From Candidatus Eiseniibacteriota bacterium (GTDB taxonomy: Bacteria > Eisenbacteria > RBG-16-71-46 > CAZAMP01), in assembly GCA_965224245.1 (NCBI GenBank), contig OZ245046.1, positions 4,224,001 through 4,288,000 on the forward strand: a stretch of 64,000 nt of DNA. Reading direction: 5' to 3'. The position numbers and the translations under genes were made by a program. Positions 57,938 to 64,000 of the stretch are shown piece by piece. Under the pieces are notes generated by a model that saw nothing but the letters and a program-made list of their open reading frames with translations, was not told where the DNA came from and made no database searches. Numbering within the stretch: the first letter of the stretch is position 1; every line of letters starts with the position of its first letter.

Positions 57938-59110
57938 CTACGTCGCGCCCTCGGATCGGATGCGGATGCCGTCGGTGTCGGGATCGACGGACATCGTGAC
58001 CCGTCCGTCCAGGAGTCCGATCAGCTCGGCGCCCACGAGATCCTTGCGCCATCCCGACAGCATCGGCAGCCGCGCCGACGCCAGCGTCCCGGCCCGATGG
58101 TGCTCGATCAGCGCGTACAGCTGCGAGCGCGTGCCCAGGTAGGCGGGGCCGATCTCCAGCTCCCGCGCACGCGCCTTCAGGAGCGCCTCCAGGAGATCCA
58201 CTGCCAGCGCGCGGGTGGCGTCCTTCGGCACCGCCTCGATCGGCTCGGGGAGCGCCTCCTCGGGCAGGCGCTGGGCAGTCTCGATGCACGTTCCGATGGC
58301 GGGGCCGAACTGGTCGACGGCACGGGGATGCACGCCGCGCATCTCCACGAGGGCTCGTCGATCTCGTGGCTTCCGGCGGGCGATCGCGGCCAGGACGTCG
58401 TCGGTCAGAATGCGCCCCCGCGGGCGATTGGCGGACTCGGCCTCGGCCTCGCGCCACCGGACGAGCTCGCGCAGGATCGCCAGCTCGCGGCGCGAGAGCT
58501 TCTGCGTGCCCTTGATGCGGCGGTACAGCACGTCCGGGTCACGCCGGTAGTACGCGTGATCGTCGAGCTCGCGCAGCTCCTCGGCCAGCCACCCCCGACG
58601 CCCCCGGGCCTCGAGCGCCTCCTCGAGGCGCCGGTCCAGCTCCTCCAGATGTCGCACGTCGTCCAGCGCGTACTCGACCTGCGTGGCGGACAGCGGTCGC
58701 TGCGACCAGTCCGTGAACGACTCCGCGTGCGGCATGCGCTCGCCCAGCGCGGCCTCCACCAGCTTGGACAGCCCGATCGAATCGCCGTAGCCCAGGAGCG
58801 CCGCCGCCACCTGGGTGTCCACGACGTTTTGCGCCGGCTCGGAGGTCAGGTCGTAGAAGATCATCAGATCCTGACGCCCGGCGTGCACGATCTTGCGAAC
58901 GTCGGGATCGCCGAGGAGCGCCAGGAACGGCGCCAGGTCCACCGCGAACGGATCGACCGCCACGACGTGGCCGCGGCAGGCGACCTGCACGAGGCACAGA
59001 TCGGGCCGGTAGCGCCCCTCGCTGATGAACTCGGTGTCGAAGGCGAAGCGGCCGGCCGCGGCGAGGTCGGCCGCCAGCGCGTCGAGGTCGGCCTGTCGGT
59101 CGATTGGCAA
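57938..59110 (-). CDS. rnd: Ribonuclease D
   Basis: 'AFDTEF', 'LVQVA', 'HAGRQD', 'DTQVAA', 'TDWSQRPL', 'YALDDV', plus an HRDC domain. Confidence 0.93.
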   Translation of the reverse strand: MPIDRQADLDALAADLAAAGRFAFDTEFISEGRYRPDLCLVQVACRGHVVAVDPFAVDLAPFLALLGDPDVRKIVHAGRQDLMIFYDLTSEPAQNVVDTQVAAALLGYGDSIGLSKLVEAALGERMPHAESFTDWSQRPLSATQVEYALDDVRHLEELDRRLEEALEARGRRGWLAEELRELDDHAYYRRDPDVLYRRIKGTQKLSRRELAILRELVRWREAEAESANRPRGRILTDDVLAAIARRKPRDRRALVEMRGVHPRAVDQFGPAIGTCIETAQRLPEEALPEPIEAVPKDATRALAVDLLEALLKARARELEIGPAYLGTRSQLYALIEHHRAGTLASARLPMLSGWRKDLVGAELIGLLDGRVTMSVDPDTDGIRIRSEGAT

Positions 59111-59198
59111 GGTGCAGTCCTCGGATGGAGTCGAAGTTGGCCGCCCCGGCCGGCGCCCGCGAGGGCGGGGCGACCTCGACCGGGGCGTGGAGAGTGCG

Positions 59199-62108
59199 CT
59201 AGAACGCCTTCGCTGCGGTCTTGAACGCGACGACGTCGGCGATGGCGGGCTCGATCGGCTCGGACGTCGGAGCCCCGTCGGCGTCGAGGTAGACCGCGAG
59301 CGAGGCGGTCTCGCCGTCGGCGAAGGCGCGCTCGAACGCGTCGGCGACCTGGTCCCTCGTGAGGGTCGTCACCGCCTCGGCCACGCGGTCCTTCCAGTCG
59401 AACGCACCTTCCAGCGCCAGCCCCTCGTAGGCCAGCGTGCTCAGCCGCTCGCTCATGTCGGTGTCCTCTTCGGCCAGGATGGCGAGGATGGCGGCGCGAA
59501 GCCCGTCGAACTCCTCGTCCGTGAGATCCCGGAAGCCCGGCACGAGCGTGTCCAGAAACGTGTGGGCCCGCGTCGCCAGCTCGGTGGCGGGGTACTCCCC
59601 AGACTGGATCAGGAAGTACATGCCGACGCTCCGCGTCTGGAGGCGGGGCCCCGCGAACACGATGTAGCCGAGCTGCTGCTGCGTCCGCATCTCGGCGTAG
59701 AAGCGCGAGTCCACGTACGCGTCGACGTAGCGGAGGACGGCCTCGTTGAGCGTGCTCCGCTCACCGAACTGCACGTAGTCGAGCCAGCAGTTGTTGTCCG
59801 ACTTGGTCGAGAACACGTAGCCGTACTCGCCGGCGTCGAGCATGTTGTCGTTGAGCACCGGGATTCGATCGGCCTCGGCGAGCGTGGCCGAGGACACGGT
59901 CGCGTAGAGATCGTCGAGCGCAGAGCGCAGCGCGCCGCCGTCCAGGTTGCCGTACGCACTGCCCTCGATCGCGCTGGTGGCGAACAGCGTCGACGCGTAG
60001 TCCCTGACCTCGGCGAGCGTCACCGAGTCGATGAGATCCCGGTAGTCACGCCGATGGTGGGCGTGGCTGATCAAGAGGTAGTTGAACTCGTAGAACGTCT
60101 GCTGATACGCCTGGTCGAAGTCGGCGTTCGCGTACGAGCGCGCCAGCTGGTCGGTGATGGCACCGAAGGCGTCCTCGTCGATCGTGATCGTGGTCAGCCG
60201 CTCGCCGACCGCGCGGATCAGATCGGGGATCCGCTGCGAGTATCCGTTCAGCCGGAGGCGGATGCCGCGGGAATCGGCATCCATGTCGATGCCGAGGCCG
60301 GCCTCGGCCACCTGGTACGCCCACTCGTTCCAGCTCTCCTCGACCGCGCGGACGTAGAGCTCGGCCAGGAGACGATCGCGGGCGGTGGAGTTCGTCTCCG
60401 GCGTCTGGAGCAGGATCGACACCCGCGCCTTGGGCACGTCGAACCGCGCGTCCTGCTCGAACCAGAACGTCCCCCGGTGATCGTCGATGATCTCGCGGGG
60501 CGCCTCCTGCGACGGGTCGTCGAGGAGCGTGAGATCGTCGGGGATGAACGGGTTCTTGGCCGGGAACGCCATGTCGTCGGTCGGGCGCGCCGCCGCCCAC
60601 CGCGCGACGACGTCGTCCGCGAACCTGGAGACGCCGTACTCGGCGCCGTAGTACTGCTCGACCTGGTCGGTCTCGACGTCGGGCGCGACCAGGGTCACCC
60701 GGACCCGCTCGGGACGAAGATGGCCCAGGAGGTCGGTGTACGCGGTCGGATCGTACTCGTACAGGAGTCGCTCTCGCTCCTCGAACTCGTCGGCGGGGTA
60801 CTCCTGCATCGACGACGCGTACCCGGAGACGGCCCACCAGCCCTCTTCCGGCTCGCGGTAGAAGTAGTTCAGATCGCTGACGGTCTGCTCGTCGGCGAAG
60901 TAGTACTCCTCCAGCCCCTTCTCGCGCATCAGGCTCAGGTAGGCGAAGGTGAGCTCGAGGACCCGCTCGACGTTCGCGCGGCCCTTCTCGGTCAGCGTGA
61001 TCCCGATGTTGAAGTAGCCGGTGTACGTCTCGCTCCAGCCCGATGCGCCGAGCCCGGTGGCCAGGTTCTCGGTCTTCAGGCGCGACAGGAGCGACCCCTC
61101 GCCCTCGTAGCCCAGGACCGATCCGATCAGCAGATGGGGCTTGGATCGATAGAGGTCGTACAGCGGCGGCGTGGCGAACTCCAGCGTCAGCTGGCGGAGA
61201 TCGGCGATCGGACGCACCTGGATGAGCTGCGGCAGATCGTCCGCGTCGAACACGTCCGACGGGTATTCCGGTCGCTCGAGCCCGCGGTTCGGGATCGGCG
61301 AGAACTTCTCGCGCACCGAGGCTTCGAGCGCGTCGAGCGGCTGGTTGCTCATGACGCAGAGCTTCATCAGGTTCGCCGAGTAGTGCGTCTGATAGAACTC
61401 CATCATCTGATCGCGCGTGACCGACTCCAGCGTCTCCAGGTTGCCGGTCGAGAACCGCTGCCGGGGATGCCCCTCGCGGTGCAGGTAGCGCTGGACCATC
61501 CGCGTGCGCCAACCGTCGTCCTGGATGTTCTTGACGTGTTCGGAGTTGACGGCGTTCATCTCCCGATCGACGTACTCCGCGTCCATCCGGGGCGCGATGA
61601 AGAACTGGGCGAAGCGATCGAGCGCGCCGTCGAACGCGTCGTGGTTGATCTCGAAGAGGTAGTTGGTGTTCTCGCTCGAGGTGTAGGCGTTGTTCGAGCC
61701 GCCGTTCTGGCTGAGGTACTCGTCGTACTCGCCCACGTCGGGATACTTCTCCGTGCCCAGAAACAGCATGTGCTCCAGGAAGTGCGCCATCCCGAGGTGC
61801 TCCCAGGGGTCGGCCAGCGATCCGACGCCCACGTCGAGGGCGGCCGCGGACTTCTGCACCGACGGATCGGAGATCAGGAGCGCGTCGAGCCCGTTGTCGA
61901 GGGTGATGACACGCGTGTTCTCGAAGGCGTTCGGGCGCTCGGCCCGGAAGTCCACCACGGACGTGCGCTCCAGGAGGAGACGCTGAGCGTCGCTGAGCGC
62001 TTCGTCGGCCATGTCCGTGGACCGGACGGCGACGTCCTTCGAGCAGCTGGTGGCGAGCGTGGCGCACGCGAGCGCCAGCCCGGCGCGCCAGAGGAGGCGG
62101 TTGTTCAT
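59199..62108 (-). CDS. M16A insulinase/pitrilysin family zinc peptidase, lipoprotein
   Basis: 'GMAHFLEHMLFLG' (HXXEH), 'NAYT', 'AVNSEH', 'MRTQQQLGY'; lipobox-like ATSC. Confidence 0.93.
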   Translation of the reverse strand: MNNRLLWRAGLALACATLATSCSKDVAVRSTDMADEALSDAQRLLLERTSVVDFRAERPNAFENTRVITLDNGLDALLISDPSVQKSAAALDVGVGSLADPWEHLGMAHFLEHMLFLGTEKYPDVGEYDEYLSQNGGSNNAYTSSENTNYLFEINHDAFDGALDRFAQFFIAPRMDAEYVDREMNAVNSEHVKNIQDDGWRTRMVQRYLHREGHPRQRFSTGNLETLESVTRDQMMEFYQTHYSANLMKLCVMSNQPLDALEASVREKFSPIPNRGLERPEYPSDVFDADDLPQLIQVRPIADLRQLTLEFATPPLYDLYRSKPHLLIGSVLGYEGEGSLLSRLKTENLATGLGASGWSETYTGYFNIGITLTEKGRANVERVLELTFAYLSLMREKGLEEYYFADEQTVSDLNYFYREPEEGWWAVSGYASSMQEYPADEFEERERLLYEYDPTAYTDLLGHLRPERVRVTLVAPDVETDQVEQYYGAEYGVSRFADDVVARWAAARPTDDMAFPAKNPFIPDDLTLLDDPSQEAPREIIDDHRGTFWFEQDARFDVPKARVSILLQTPETNSTARDRLLAELYVRAVEESWNEWAYQVAEAGLGIDMDADSRGIRLRLNGYSQRIPDLIRAVGERLTTITIDEDAFGAITDQLARSYANADFDQAYQQTFYEFNYLLISHAHHRRDYRDLIDSVTLAEVRDYASTLFATSAIEGSAYGNLDGGALRSALDDLYATVSSATLAEADRIPVLNDNMLDAGEYGYVFSTKSDNNCWLDYVQFGERSTLNEAVLRYVDAYVDSRFYAEMRTQQQLGYIVFAGPRLQTRSVGMYFLIQSGEYPATELATRAHTFLDTLVPGFRDLTDEEFDGLRAAILAILAEEDTDMSERLSTLAYEGLALEGAFDWKDRVAEAVTTLTRDQVADAFERAFADGETASLAVYLDADGAPTSEPIEPAIADVVAFKTAAKAF

Positions 62109-62427
62109 CGTTGGATTCTCCGTCGGAAAGGCAGAACGGCCGTTTTTCAGCGCCCAGAGCCTACATCGTGCCCGTCGGGGCCGAAACGGATTTCGAGAGA
62201 CCGGGAGCGGGGGAATGTCGATGGAGTTACCTCCGCGGCCGCCCCCGGCGTTGCACTTTCTCGGTCCGAGGGCCGATCGGGCGGATCCCGGAGGGCCGGA
62301 ACATCGTATCGTGTACGCGCCCGCGACATCGAAACCGGAGAGCCGGCCCGCGGGTACTCAGGGTCAGCGCCCCGACACGGGACGCGGACGCACCGCGGAC
62401 ACCGCCGAGGGGCCACGGGAGGTCCGG

Positions 62428-63168
62428 ATGACGAAGGTCGACCCCGACAGTCCTCAATTCGCTGAAAACAAGGGACTTGCGCGAACGACCGGACGCGCGA
62501 AACGATTCCTCCGGGAGTGGCTGGTCCCGTTCGCGCTGGTTCTGGCCGTGGTGACGCCGCTCCGGGCGGCGCTGGCCGACTGGTACCACGTGCCGTCGGG
62601 CTCGATGCGGCCGACCATCGTCGAGGGCGATCGGATCTTCGTGGCCAACTGCGCGTTCGGGCTCCGAATCCCGATGACTCGAACCTGGATCGCCCGCTGG
62701 GCGGTGCCCGAGCGCGGCGACGTCGTCACCCTGGCCTCTCCCGAGGACGGCACCCGGCTCGTCAAGCGCGTCATCGGGGTGCCCGGCGATCGCATCGCGC
62801 TCAGGAACAACCGCCTGATCGTGAACGGACACGCCATCGCCTACGTTCCCGAGGGCGAGTCGATCGACTCCCTCCCCGACGGTCGCGACGTCACCGTTCG
62901 CATCGCGACCGAGGAGCTGCCCCACCACGAGCACCGCGTGACGTTCACGCCGGGCTACGGCGCGTTCCGGTCGTTCGGTCCCGTCGTGGTGCCCGACGGT
63001 CAGTACTTCGTGATGGGCGACAACCGCGACCAGAGCTTCGACTCGCGCGGCTTCGGCTTCGTGCCCCTGGAGAACATCTTCGGGCGGTCCAGCCACGTCG
63101 TGCTCTCCGGCGACCCCGATCGGTTCTATCTGCCGCGCATCGATCGGTTCCTGCACCGGCTCGACTGA
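62428..63168 (+). CDS. lepB: Signal peptidase I
   Basis: 'VPSGSMRPT', 'LVKRVIGVPGD', 'MGDNRDQSFDSR'; GGAGG SD. Confidence 0.95.
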   Translation: MTKVDPDSPQFAENKGLARTTGRAKRFLREWLVPFALVLAVVTPLRAALADWYHVPSGSMRPTIVEGDRIFVANCAFGLRIPMTRTWIARWAVPERGDVVTLASPEDGTRLVKRVIGVPGDRIALRNNRLIVNGHAIAYVPEGESIDSLPDGRDVTVRIATEELPHHEHRVTFTPGYGAFRSFGPVVVPDGQYFVMGDNRDQSFDSRGFGFVPLENIFGRSSHVVLSGDPDRFYLPRIDRFLHRLD

Positions 63169-63270
63169 CACCGACTCGACGGCGGGATCGGCTCAGGGGC
63201 ATACTCCAGCATCCGCATCCGAGCGTATGTCTCGGCGCGTAGACGTGCACCGAATCGTGGAGGGATCCCC

Positions 63271-64000
63271 GTGAATCAGCATCCCCTCGCCGGCAAGCTC
63301 GCTCCGCCATCCGACCTGGAGGACATTCCAGCGCTGCTGGCCGCCTTCGAGTCGCGACGCCCCGACCCCACTGTCGCCACCGAACGAGTGAGCTTCGGAA
63401 CTTCGGGGCATCGCGGCTCTTCCCTCGACGGCTCTTTCAACGCAGATCACATCCGTGCGATATGCCAGGCGATCGCCGAGCACCGCCGTGCCGACGGCAT
63501 CACGGGTCCCCTGTTCCTCGGCATGGACACGCACGCGCTGTCGAGACCGGCCCGCTGCACCGCCCTCGAGGTGTTCGCCGCCAACGCAATGGAAGTGCGG
63601 TTGGCGCCCGACGAGGGTTTCACACCGACACCCGTGATCTCGCACGCGATCCTGACCCACAATCGTCGGTGCGGGCGCGCGCTCGCCGATGGCGTGATTC
63701 TCACGCCATCGCACAATCCCCCACGCGATGGTGGAATCAAGTACAACCCACCGAGCGGAGGCCCTGCGGACACGACGACGACCGCCGCGATCGAAACCCG
63801 TGCCAATGCTCTTCTCGAGGCCAACCTCGTCGGGGTCGAGTCCGTTCCCTACGAGCGGGCGCTCCGCGCCGTTGGAACGCGTGAGTACGACTACGTGACG
63901 CCGTATGTGAACGATCTCCCGTCAGTGATCGATTTCGATGTGATTAGGACCTCAGGGCTGAGAATCGGCGTCGATCCGATGGGTGGCGCGGGAGTCAGCT
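63271..64000 (+). CDS. pgm: Phosphoglucomutase (alpha-D-glucose-1,6-bisphosphate-dependent); truncated by the window end
   Basis: Translated by hand: 'HPLAGK', 'VSFGTSGHRGSS', 'GMDTHALS', 'TPTPVISHAI', 'TPSHNPP.DGGIKYNP', 'GVDPMGGA'; GGAGG SD. Confidence 0.93.
   Translation, partial: MNQHPLAGKLAPPSDLEDIPALLAAFESRRPDPTVATERVSFGTSGHRGSSLDGSFNADHIRAICQAIAEHRRADGITGPLFLGMDTHALSRPARCTALEVFAANAMEVRLAPDEGFTPTPVISHAILTHNRRCGRALADGVILTPSHNPPRDGGIKYNPPSGGPADTTTTAAIETRANALLEANLVGVESVPYERALRAVGTREYDYVTPYVNDLPSVIDFDVIRTSGLRIGVDPMGGAGVS

Noticed and set aside
59025-62465. 1146-aa plus-strand ORF
   Set aside because: Antisense shadow of the M16 peptidase with no recognisable motifs. The same applies to the many other Arg/Pro/Gly-rich ORFs in the track.

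Overview
High-GC (roughly 70%, estimated by eye) chromosome segment from a diderm bacterium. It encodes TolC/RND and an AlgE-like barrel, and its secreted proteins end in 'PNP...D..GRLV' FlgD-Ig/T9SS-like tails, which suggests an FCB-associated lineage such as Eisenbacteria, Krumholzibacteria or Latescibacterota (inference only). The standout is a ~21 kb module (19650-41081). It contains an ECF sigma factor, a soluble zinc-finger anti-sigma-like protein and an intact TPR-CHAT caspase-like protease. These sit among glycosyltransferases, APH-like kinases, an ABC exporter, a kinase-porin fusion, repeat surface proteins and a subtilase. Four intergenic sites in this module share GTATCA-N17-AC-N3-T and form two divergent pairs, so it looks like a self-contained, protease-gated sigma regulon. 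Other notable items: an HTH regulator fused to an apparently inactive M29 aminopeptidase; an MFS-acyltransferase fusion next to a PimA-like GT4; a TetR-TolC in-frame fusion; an ArsC-like UxxC selenoprotein with a SECIS hairpin, split by the ORF caller; twin 35-bp palindromes upstream of an AAA/DUF4143 gene; a degenerate GGDEF response regulator; and a frameshifted renalase-like gene. The rest is housekeeping (argS, pepD, rnd, lepB, pgm, UDG, DTW, 5'-3' exonuclease, M16 peptidase). I saw no rRNA, tRNA, CRISPR array, transposase or integrase. All calls come from motif recognition by eye, with no database searches.
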